Shown: piece after piece, positions 23,294 to 30,954 of the stretch
How the letters are laid out: each line of letters begins with the position of its first letter
How positions within the stretch are numbered: the first letter of the stretch is position 1
Source of the DNA: Deltaproteobacteria bacterium
GTDB taxonomy: Bacteria > Desulfobacterota > GWC2-55-46
Direction: 5' to 3'
Length of the DNA: 35,174 nt
NCBI GenBank assembly: GCA_038043305.1
Contig: JBBTCG010000069.1
Coordinates: 1-35,174, forward strand
Position numbers and translations under genes: made by a program
Notes under the pieces: generated by a model
What the model saw: the letters and a program-made list of their open reading frames with translations, nothing else
Told to the model about the DNA's origin: nothing
Databases searched by the model: none

Positions 23294-24163
23294 ATGAAAC
23301 TCAAATCAAACCATATCGGCCTCGTCATCGCCATTATGCTTGCGTGTTTGTTTGACGTGAAGCGCCTTTGGGCCGCCCAGCCGCCCCGTACCATTGCCGA
23401 CGCATTTCTTGACGAGGAGCTGACTTATGCTATAGGTTTCTGGGTCTTTGACGACGTGGCCATCGGCAAGGTTACGTTCAAACGCGCAGACGACGGCGAC
23501 TACGTGGCAACGCTTGAGGCATATACGACCGGCGTAGTTGACTGGGTTTTGAGAAACAGGCGCGACACCTACAGAGTGCACATGAGGATGTCTGCCGACG
23601 GCAAACGCTTCATATCAAAGACCTTTGAAAAGAGTATTGAAATGGGCGGCAAGACAAGGCGCGGCCTAACCGTATTTGACTATGAAAAAAGGCTTATGAC
23701 GTGGCGCAGTTGGGGCGGGGGCAAGGACGAACGTTCAGGCGTGGAAAAACTGCCTCCCAACATCCACATAGACGATCCGATAACCGCATTTTACAACTTC
23801 AGGTACGGCGTCTACGGGCCGCCGGTCGAGGGCAGGGAGTATACTATTTACAGTTTTCCCAAGGGCGACGAGACGCCTCACATATATCTTCGCGTCGCAA
23901 CGCGGCCGGAACTTGAGGCAAGAAGGGGAGTAAATCTTTCAGCCGACTATCTGGCCTTTGCGCGCATAGACAAAGACCTGTTCGGTTCCCAGTCCGGCGA
24001 TGTCGAGGTGCTGTTTACCTCCGAGATGCTTCCAAACGAGGCCGTGGCACGCGATATACTCTTCTTTGGCGACGTGCGCGGCAGACTCGTTAAGATAGGC
24101 GTAGGCATGGACTTCAAAACTACCGCCGCGCCCCCTGCGCCGCGAATATCAGCGCCGAGATAA
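23294..24163 (+). CDS. Secreted DUF3108-like protein
   Basis: The signal-like N-terminus MKLKSNHIGLVIAIMLACLF starts at ATG 23294. DEELTYAIGFWVFDDVAIGKVTF..ATLEAYTTGVVDWV fits the DUF3108 beta-rich pattern. The track start at 23183 lies inside repeat copy D. Confidence 0.5.
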   Translation: MKLKSNHIGLVIAIMLACLFDVKRLWAAQPPRTIADAFLDEELTYAIGFWVFDDVAIGKVTFKRADDGDYVATLEAYTTGVVDWVLRNRRDTYRVHMRMSADGKRFISKTFEKSIEMGGKTRRGLTVFDYEKRLMTWRSWGGGKDERSGVEKLPPNIHIDDPITAFYNFRYGVYGPPVEGREYTIYSFPKGDETPHIYLRVATRPELEARRGVNLSADYLAFARIDKDLFGSQSGDVEVLFTSEMLPNEAVARDILFFGDVRGRLVKIGVGMDFKTTAAPPAPRISAPR

Positions 24164-25322
24164 CGGCAAGGACTGCGCCGTACAGGAAGGCGATATGAGC
24201 GCCGTGCGCGTCCCATAGCCATCCAGCCATTATACTTGCCGGAAGAGCACCCAGCCCGGTCATAGTGTGATATGCCCCGAAGGTGGTCGCCTTTTTATCA
24301 GGCGGCGTTATCGAGGCCAGGTAGGCCCTTTGCACCCCGTCGGTCAATCCCTTGTAGACCCCGTAAAGCGGAAATAGTATCCATATATGTACGGATGTCG
24401 TTGCAACGGCGAAACCTGCATAGATGACGGCGCAATAGAAGAGGCCCGCCAGCACCGTGCGCCTCAGGCCGATCTTATCGGCGACGCGCCCGATAGGCAC
24501 GCTTATTGCCGCGTATATGATATTGAAGACGAGATAGACTATCGGTATGAGTTCATTGGCCACGCCAAGCTGTACAGCCCTTAATATCAGGAAGGCGTCG
24601 GAAAAGCTGCCAAGCGAGAAGACGGTAATTACAATCAGATAATTTCTGAACGGCAGGTTGCTCAGAAGCGATTTGAATGCGGATTCCGGACGGGCAACGG
24701 CTTTTGGCGCCGCTCCCTTTTTTTCCTTTATGAAGAATATTACCGCGGCCACGGCGAGTATTCCGGGTATGGCCGATGCCCAGAACACGGCGCGTATATC
24801 CCATGCGAGATAATACAGCAGGCCGAAGGCGACGGCCGGGCCGAGAGAGGCGCCCACGGTGTCCATCGAACGGTGAAAGCCGAAGGCAAGGCCGAGGTTT
24901 TTTTTATCGGTTGATTCGGCGATTATCGCGTCCCTTGGCGCGGTCCTTATCCCCTTGCCGAACCTGTCAATGAACCTTGCGCCAAGCACGTGAGACCACG
25001 CGCCTGATACGGCCAGTATCGGCCTTGAGAGCGTAGATACGCCGTAACCTATGGCCATGGGCAGTTTTCTTTTGCCGAACCTGTCGGAGAGGGCGCCGGA
25101 TGAGACCTTCAGGAGCGAGGCCGTGGCCTCGGCTATGCCCTCGATGACGCCGATAGCCGACTTCGACGCGCCGAGCACGTTCGAGAGAAAAAGAGGCACG
25201 AGCGGGTAGACCATCTCCGATGATACGTCCATCAGCAAGCTTACAATGCCCGCAAAAAATACGTTTCTTGTAATGCCTGCGCGGGCAAGTCTGCAGGCCG
25301 CCTGTTCTTTATCGTCTCTCAT
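24120..25322 (-). CDS. MFS transporter
   Basis: About 12 hydrophobic segments and MFS motif A, GALSDRFGKRK. ATG 25322 (MRDDKEQ..) is preferred. The upstream 112 codons of the track ORF are Arg/Pro/Ser-rich and run across the purB start. Confidence 0.8.
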   Translation of the reverse strand: MRDDKEQAACRLARAGITRNVFFAGIVSLLMDVSSEMVYPLVPLFLSNVLGASKSAIGVIEGIAEATASLLKVSSGALSDRFGKRKLPMAIGYGVSTLSRPILAVSGAWSHVLGARFIDRFGKGIRTAPRDAIIAESTDKKNLGLAFGFHRSMDTVGASLGPAVAFGLLYYLAWDIRAVFWASAIPGILAVAAVIFFIKEKKGAAPKAVARPESAFKSLLSNLPFRNYLIVITVFSLGSFSDAFLILRAVQLGVANELIPIVYLVFNIIYAAISVPIGRVADKIGLRRTVLAGLFYCAVIYAGFAVATTSVHIWILFPLYGVYKGLTDGVQRAYLASITPPDKKATTFGAYHTMTGLGALPASIMAGWLWDAHGAHIAFLYGAVLAVISALIFAAQGARR

Positions 25323-25474
25323 GCCTTGATGTTTGCTTGTTTCCGCATATCTTTCAAGTAAAAAACGATTATTGGTTTGGGAAGAGGGGGATAACCGATA
25401 ACCTTCTTGTATTCCAAACCCTTGTTCTGGTATAGTTAACGTCCGATGACGGATTTGGTTGAAAGGGAGATACC

Positions 25475-26788
25475 GTGATACCGCGTTATTCAAGGGCCGA
25501 GATGTCGCGTTTGTGGGATGCGAGGACCCGTTTTGAAAAATGGCTTGAGGTGGAGCTTGCCGCCTGCGAGGCATGGGCCAAACTCGGCAGGATACCTTCG
25601 AGGTCCCTCGACAACATCGTAAAGAAGGCGGCCTTTGACTGCGACAGGATTGACGCAATTGAAAAGACCGTAAAGCACGACGTCATAGCCTTTCTTACCT
25701 CGGTTGCCGAGCACGTCGGGCCGGACTCCAGATATATCCATATCGGGCTTACCTCATCCGACGTGCTTGATACGTCGCTTGCGCTTCTTTTGCGCGAGGC
25801 CGCGGACCTCATCATCGCGGACATCAAGGCGCTGATGGAGGTCATAAAGGCCAGGGCAAAGGAACATAAGCTCACCGTCATGATGGGCAGGTCTCACGGC
25901 ATCCACGCGGAGCCGATTACCTTCGGTCTGAAACTCGCGCACTGGTATGACGAGATGCGGCGGAATCTCGTCAGGGTCGAGGCCGCGCGCGAGGTCATCT
26001 CCGTTGGAAAGCTCTCAGGGGCCGTAGGGACGTTTTCAAGCGTTGATCCCTTTGTCGAGGAGTATGCCCTTAAAAAGCTGGGGCTCAAGCCTGAAAAGGC
26101 CGCAACCCAGATCGTGCACAGGGACAGACACGCCGAATACTTCTCAACGTTGGCAATAGTCGCCTCGTCCATCGAGAGGTTCGCGGTTGAGATACGTCAT
26201 CTCCAGCGCACCGAGGTGCTTGAGGTCGAGGAGGAGTTCACCGCCGGGCAAAAAGGTTCGTCCGCCATGCCGCACAAGAGAAACCCGGTGCTCTCTGAAA
26301 ACCTGACTGGCCTGGCGCGCCTGATGCGCGGATACGCGGTCAGCGCGATGGAGAACGTGGCCTTGTGGCATGAGCGCGATATAAGCCATTCGTCGGTTGA
26401 GAGGGTCATCGCCCCTGACGCAACCATTGTCCTTGATTTCATGCTCTCCCGCGCAACCTCTCTCGTCAAGGGTCTTCTCGTCTATCCTGAGAACATGCGC
26501 GCCAACATGGATAAACTCTGCGGCCTTGTCTTTTCTCAGAAGGCGCTATTGAAGCTCGTGGAAAAGGGCGCGTCCCGCGAAGAGGCTTATAGCCTCGTGC
26601 AGCGCAACGCCATGAAGGTCTGGCAAGGCACCGGGGACTTTAAGTCGCTCCTTCTTGACGACAACGACGTGATGAATGTCCTGACCGCAAAGGACGTTGA
26701 GGCATGTTTTGACTTGAGGCCGTACCTTAAAAACATTGACCATATCTTCAAAAGGACATTCGCCCTACCTTTTTTGAAAAAAAGGTAG
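25475..26788 (+). CDS. purB: Adenylosuccinate lyase PurB
   Basis: MIPRYSRAEMSRLW..., fumarate-lyase signature GSSAMPHKRNP. GTG start with an AGGGAG SD. The last ~8 codons and the stop lie in repeat copy E. Confidence 0.9.
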   Translation: MIPRYSRAEMSRLWDARTRFEKWLEVELAACEAWAKLGRIPSRSLDNIVKKAAFDCDRIDAIEKTVKHDVIAFLTSVAEHVGPDSRYIHIGLTSSDVLDTSLALLLREAADLIIADIKALMEVIKARAKEHKLTVMMGRSHGIHAEPITFGLKLAHWYDEMRRNLVRVEAAREVISVGKLSGAVGTFSSVDPFVEEYALKKLGLKPEKAATQIVHRDRHAEYFSTLAIVASSIERFAVEIRHLQRTEVLEVEEEFTAGQKGSSAMPHKRNPVLSENLTGLARLMRGYAVSAMENVALWHERDISHSSVERVIAPDATIVLDFMLSRATSLVKGLLVYPENMRANMDKLCGLVFSQKALLKLVEKGASREEAYSLVQRNAMKVWQGTGDFKSLLLDDNDVMNVLTAKDVEACFDLRPYLKNIDHIFKRTFALPFLKKR

Positions 26789-26844
26789 GCCAAAAAACTT
26801 TAATTGGGAACAATCAGTCGGGCTGACGAATACGAATATTGCCC
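26764..26844 (+). repeat. Dispersed hairpin-headed repeat, copy E (3'-truncated)
   Basis: CCTACCTTTTTTGAAAAAAAGGTAGGCCAAAAAACTTTAATTGGGAACAATCAGTCGGGCTGACGAATACGAATATTGCCC. Similarity ends before the CGTGCGGCA module. Confidence 0.8.
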
Positions 26845-26888
26845 AAACGTTGTATCATTAATTATCTTTATGGAGGTTCCATACGAAT

Positions 26889-27629
26889 ATGCAAAAGATC
26901 GAAAAGCTCTACGAGGGCAAGGCAAAGATACTTTATACGACCGAGGACGAGAACCTTCTTATCCAATACTTCAAGGACGAGGCAACGGCCTTTGACGGCA
27001 AGAAGAAGGGCATAATCGAAAACAAGGGCATACTCAACAACAAGATATCCTCATACCTCTTCAGGCGCCTTGAGGGGCAGGGGATAAAGACCCATTTTGT
27101 GGATATGCCGGGCGAGCGCGAGATGCTCGTAAAAAAACTCAGGATAATCCCGATTGAGGTGGTTGTACGCAACGTCGTTGCGGGAAGCCTCGCCAAGCGC
27201 ATGGGGCTGGAGGAGGGGACGCCGCTAAAGGAAACGATAATAGAGTTCTACTACAAGAGCGACCCGCTTGGGGACCCGATGATAAACGCATATCACATCA
27301 AGGTATTCGGACTTGCCACCCTTGACGAGTTGAGAAGGATGGAAGCGGAGGCGCTCAAGGTCAACGGGTTTCTTGCGGGGTTTTTCGACGGCATCGGCAT
27401 AACGCTTGTTGACTTCAAACTTGAGTTCGGCGTTCACAAGGGCGAGATACTCCTTGGCGACGAGATAACGCCCGACGGGTGCAGGCTCTGGGACAAAGAG
27501 ACCAAAGAGAAACTGGACAAGGACAGGTTCAGGCGGGATTTGGGCAAGGTGCAAGAGGCTTACGAATTGGTGCTCAAAAAGATTCAGGGTGCTTGCCGCA
27601 CGGGCAATATCAGTAATCGTCAGCCTTAG
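26889..27629 (+). CDS. purC: SAICAR synthetase PurC
   Basis: LYEGKAKILYTT..LLIQYFKDEATAFDGKKKG, and LVDFKLEFG..GEILLGDEITPDGCRLWD. The last ~13 codons (GACRTGNISNRQP) and the stop lie in repeat copy F. Confidence 0.9.
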   Translation: MQKIEKLYEGKAKILYTTEDENLLIQYFKDEATAFDGKKKGIIENKGILNNKISSYLFRRLEGQGIKTHFVDMPGEREMLVKKLRIIPIEVVVRNVVAGSLAKRMGLEEGTPLKETIIEFYYKSDPLGDPMINAYHIKVFGLATLDELRRMEAEALKVNGFLAGFFDGIGITLVDFKLEFGVHKGEILLGDEITPDGCRLWDKETKEKLDKDRFRRDLGKVQEAYELVLKKIQGACRTGNISNRQP

Positions 27630-27682
27630 TGTTTATTCACAGTTAAAGTTTTTTGGCTTACCTTTCTTTCAAGAAAGGTGGA
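27586..27682 (-). repeat. Dispersed ~100-bp hairpin-headed repeat, copy F
   Basis: The reverse complement reads CTCCACCTTTCTTGAAAGAAAGGTAAGCCAAAAAACTTTAACTGTGAATAAACACTAAGGCTGACGATTACTGATATTGCCCGTGCGGCAAGCACCCTG. Confidence 0.85.
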
Positions 27683-27699
27683 GAGGAGAAGGGCGGCGC

Positions 27700-27939
27700 A
27701 TGAAGGCGAGGATATATATTACGCTCAGGGCTGGCGTGCTTGACCCGCAGGGCAAGGCCGTCGTTGCCTCCCTCAAGACGCTGGGGTTTGACGAGGTAAA
27801 CGACGCGCGCATCGGCAAGTTCATCGAATTGGAGCTTGACGGAGCGCCAAGGGAAGCCGCCATTGAGCGCATCGGCAAGATGTGCGAAAAGCTCCTTGCC
27901 AATACCGTGATAGAGAATTACAGGATTGAGGTTGATTGA
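27700..27939 (+). CDS. purS: FGAM synthase subunit PurS
   Basis: MKARIYITLRAGVLDPQGKAV..LKTLGF. 79 aa, with a GGAGAGGAG SD. The track start at 27589 lies inside repeat copy F. Confidence 0.85.
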   Translation: MKARIYITLRAGVLDPQGKAVVASLKTLGFDEVNDARIGKFIELELDGAPREAAIERIGKMCEKLLANTVIENYRIEVD

Positions 27940-27960
27940 GACGCAAGGAGGTCTTTTCAG

Positions 27961-28650
27961 GTGAAGTTCGGCATTATCGTATTTCCGGGTTCAAACTGCG
28001 ATCATGACTGTTACCATGCGGTCAAGCACGTTTTCGGCTGTGAGGCCGAATTCGTATGGCACAAATCCGAGTCCCTTGACGGTTTTGACTGCGTGATACT
28101 GCCCGGCGGCTTTTCTTACGGCGATTACCTTCGCACCGGCGCCATCGCCCGTTTTTCACCGGTGATGAGCGCGGTTCAAGCCTTTGCGAAAAAGGGCGGT
28201 CTTGTGCTCGGCATCTGCAACGGCTTTCAGATACTTGCAGAGGCCGGCCTGCTGCCCGGCGTGCTTATGAGAAACAGCGGCTTGAAGTTCATCTGCAAGG
28301 GGGTAAGCCTCAGGGTGGAAAACAACACAAGCGCCTTTACAAGCGCGTATGCAAAGGGTCAGATAGTAAACATCCCGATAGCCCATGCCGACGGCAACTA
28401 TTACGCGGACGACGATACGATAAAGATGCTGGAGGATTCAGGCCGTATCGCCTTCAGGTACTGCCTCGCGGATGGGTCAGACGCGCCTGATGCGGCCCCG
28501 AACGGGTCCCGCGCCAACATCGCCGCAATATTGAACGAGGCCGGGAACGTAATGGGAACCATGCCGCACCCTGAAAGGGCCTCTGAGGCAACGTTGGGAC
28601 AAACGGGCGGACGAGCGGTTTTCGAGTCGCTTCTGAAGGGATTCGTATAA
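27961..28650 (+). CDS. purQ: FGAM synthase glutaminase subunit PurQ
   Basis: GFSYGDYLR, nucleophile motif [18 protein letters not shown] start 8 nt after AGGAGG. Confidence 0.9.
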   Translation: MKFGIIVFPGSNCDHDCYHAVKHVFGCEAEFVWHKSESLDGFDCVILPGGFSYGDYLRTGAIARFSPVMSAVQAFAKKGGLVLGICNGFQILAEAGLLPGVLMRNSGLKFICKGVSLRVENNTSAFTSAYAKGQIVNIPIAHADGNYYADDDTIKMLEDSGRIAFRYCLADGSDAPDAAPNGSRANIAAILNEAGNVMGTMPHPERASEATLGQTGGRAVFESLLKGFV

Positions 28651-28653
28651 ACC

Positions 28654-29514
28654 ATGTCATTGAAACAGGAACTCGAATCCGGCAGATTCACGATAACCGC
28701 CGAGATATGCCCGCCGAGGGGCACGGATACAATGCAGTTTCTTGAAAAGGCGCGGCTCTTGAAAGGCCGGATTGCCGCGGCCAACGTAACCGACAATCAG
28801 CGGGCGGTCATGCGTCTGTCATCGCTGTCATGTTCAAAACTGTTGCTTGACGATGGAATAGAGCCGGTCTTTCAGGTTACGTGCAGGGACAGAAACAGGC
28901 TCGCCCTTCAATCCGACATCATGGGCGCGTGGGCGCTTGGGATTAAGAACGTGCTTGCCCTCACCGGAGACCACGTCAGCGCCGGGGATCACCGCGAGGC
29001 AAAGGCGGTCTTTGATCTGGACTCGGTTCAGCTTGTCCAACTCATCAACACCCTTAACAACGGCAAAAACATGAACAACGTCGCGCTTCGCGGCTCAACC
29101 GGCTTTTTTATCGGAGCGGTAGTGGCCCCTGAGGCCGACCCTTGGGAGCCTGAGGAGATAAAGTTCGAGAAGAAGATAGCCGCCGGAGCGTCTTTCTTCC
29201 AGACGCAGGCGCTCTTCGACATGGAAGGCTTTAAGAGGTTTTTTGAGTATGCCGAACGGTTCGGCGTAAAGGTCCTCGGCGGCCTTCTGCTCCTGAAATC
29301 GGCAAAGATGGCTCATTACCTGAATGAAAAGGTGGCTGGAGTAACGGTTCCTCAGACGCTTATTGACCAGCTTGAGGCCGCGCCCGATCAGCTTGAAAAG
29401 GGCATAGAGATTGCTGCTGGGCAGCTCAGGGAACTTAAAAGATTCTGCCACGGCGCCCACATCATGGCCATAGGCCATGAGGAGAGCGTGCTGAGGATAA
29501 TTGAGGAGGCATGA
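28654..29514 (+). CDS. metF: Methylenetetrahydrofolate reductase (short MetF-type)
   Basis: FTITAEICPPRGTD, ANVTDNQRAVMRLSSL, LALTGDH..GDH, FFQTQALFD. It starts 3 nt after the purQ stop. Confidence 0.75.
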   Translation: MSLKQELESGRFTITAEICPPRGTDTMQFLEKARLLKGRIAAANVTDNQRAVMRLSSLSCSKLLLDDGIEPVFQVTCRDRNRLALQSDIMGAWALGIKNVLALTGDHVSAGDHREAKAVFDLDSVQLVQLINTLNNGKNMNNVALRGSTGFFIGAVVAPEADPWEPEEIKFEKKIAAGASFFQTQALFDMEGFKRFFEYAERFGVKVLGGLLLLKSAKMAHYLNEKVAGVTVPQTLIDQLEAAPDQLEKGIEIAAGQLRELKRFCHGAHIMAIGHEESVLRIIEEA

Positions 29515-29572
29515 TTAAACCGGCTTGAGAGCCAAGTATGTTTGAACGCACTTCGCTCTGCACCTTAATGTT

Positions 29573-29890
29573 TTAGAAGAGCGTAGATATTATTGCCAAT
29601 AGTAAACCAGCGTAGAGCATGGGTTGATTGTATCCAAGTGGAATGCCGCGTTCTTGTTTAAAGAACCATTTAATCTTTTGAACCATGCCTTTGGAGGGCG
29701 GCGTCAAGCCAACAGGCGTCAAAGATGATGCCACCAAAACAGTACTCTCAAGTTTAAAAAATAGCGACACCACTCCCCAGATAGAGAGATCCTTGCACCA
29801 GTACGAGAATACTGTTATGCAAAGAGCTATTACGCTGAGAACGATGCAAATTGCACCGCTTGGATATTTATACCCGCCACTGAATTGCAT
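29573..29890 (-). CDS. Small hypothetical membrane protein (about 3 TM segments)
   Basis: Hydrophobic segments AICIVLSVIALCITVF, IWGVVSLFF and MLYAGLLLAIISTLF. The region is visibly more A+T-rich than its flanks. Confidence 0.4.
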   Translation of the reverse strand: MQFSGGYKYPSGAICIVLSVIALCITVFSYWCKDLSIWGVVSLFFKLESTVLVASSLTPVGLTPPSKGMVQKIKWFFKQERGIPLGYNQPMLYAGLLLAIISTLF

Positions 29891-29928
29891 ATATTATTTA
29901 TCTCTTGCAAAAGTTGCAATAGAAGGTT

Positions 29929-30936
29929 TTACCCGCCTATCAGGCTCATTGTGCGGCTGCATTTTTTGAACATGTTTTCGTTTATCTTGTGTCCCTGAGG
30001 TTTTGCGGCAACCGCTTTGAAAAGTATGGCCTCGATTGCTTTATCGCTTGAGCCGTTCCTTAGCGCCTCTCTTAAATCAATCTCGTCGTCCGAAAACAGG
30101 CAGGTGCGGAGTTTGCCGTCGGCCGTGAGCCGTAACCGATTGCATGAGCCGCAGAAGTGATCCGACACCGGACTTATGAATCCAAGTTCGCCGACGCCGT
30201 CGGCAAACCTGAACCTCCTTGCCGGTCCTGCGTTCGGGCAACCTGAGGTTTCGCTTATTGGCAGGAGAGGGGAGGCACGTCCTATCATCTCCTGCAACTC
30301 CCTGCTTGACAGGCACTTGTCCTTTTGCCATCCGGCCTGAGAGTCGAACGGCATATACTCGATGAAGCGCACGTGATACGGATGCGTTTTGGTAAGCATT
30401 GCAAAGTCCAGTATCTCGTCGTCGTTAAAGCCTTTTATCACGACCACGTTTATCTTTACCGGCGTAAGGCCGACTTGGTTTGCCTCCTCGATTCCGGCAA
30501 TGACCTCGCTAAGATTATCCCCGCGTGTAATCTTATGGAAGCGTTCGCGCCTCAACGAGTCAAGGCTCACGTTTACGCGCTTCAAGCCCGCGCTCTTTAG
30601 TTGCCCGGCATACTGCTTGAGAAGGACGCCGTTTGTCGTAAGGCTTAAATCATCAATGCCTTTTATGGCGGACAAAGCGCCGATGAAGTCAACAAGCCCC
30701 CTTCTTATAAGCGGCTCTCCCCCGGTGATACGCACCTTGCTTACGCCGTGTCCTGCGGCGATGCGCGCTATCCTTAAAAGCTCCTCGTAGCGCAATATCT
30801 CATCGGTCCTTGCCAGCTCGATGCCTTCGGGCGGCATACAGTAGACGCACCTAAGATTGCACCTGTCGGTTATGGATATCCTCAGGTAATCTACCTTTCT
30901 GTTATAGCCGTCAACGAACTTCAACTTGTCGGACAT
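29929..30936 (-). CDS. moaA: GTP 3',8-cyclase MoaA (radical SAM)
   Basis: DYLRISITDRCNLRCVYCMP, GGEPLIRRG, and the C-terminal cluster CGSCNRLRLTADGKLRTCLF. Confidence 0.9.
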   Translation of the reverse strand: MSDKLKFVDGYNRKVDYLRISITDRCNLRCVYCMPPEGIELARTDEILRYEELLRIARIAAGHGVSKVRITGGEPLIRRGLVDFIGALSAIKGIDDLSLTTNGVLLKQYAGQLKSAGLKRVNVSLDSLRRERFHKITRGDNLSEVIAGIEEANQVGLTPVKINVVVIKGFNDDEILDFAMLTKTHPYHVRFIEYMPFDSQAGWQKDKCLSSRELQEMIGRASPLLPISETSGCPNAGPARRFRFADGVGELGFISPVSDHFCGSCNRLRLTADGKLRTCLFSDDEIDLREALRNGSSDKAIEAILFKAVAAKPQGHKINENMFKKCSRTMSLIGG

Positions 30937-30954
30937 GGTATGCCTCTTGTCGCC

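Noticed and set aside
25323-25658. 112-codon N-terminal extension of the MFS transporter ORF
   Set aside because: It is Arg/Pro/Ser-rich and not membrane-like, and it overlaps the purB start on the other strand. MFS topology begins at ATG 25322.
1921-27682. Possibility that the six ~100-bp repeats are a CRISPR array or CRISPR remnants
   Set aside because: Copies are kilobases apart except for one head-to-tail pair. They occur in both orientations, are about 100 bp rather than 24-48 bp, have no regular spacers, and no cas genes are present.
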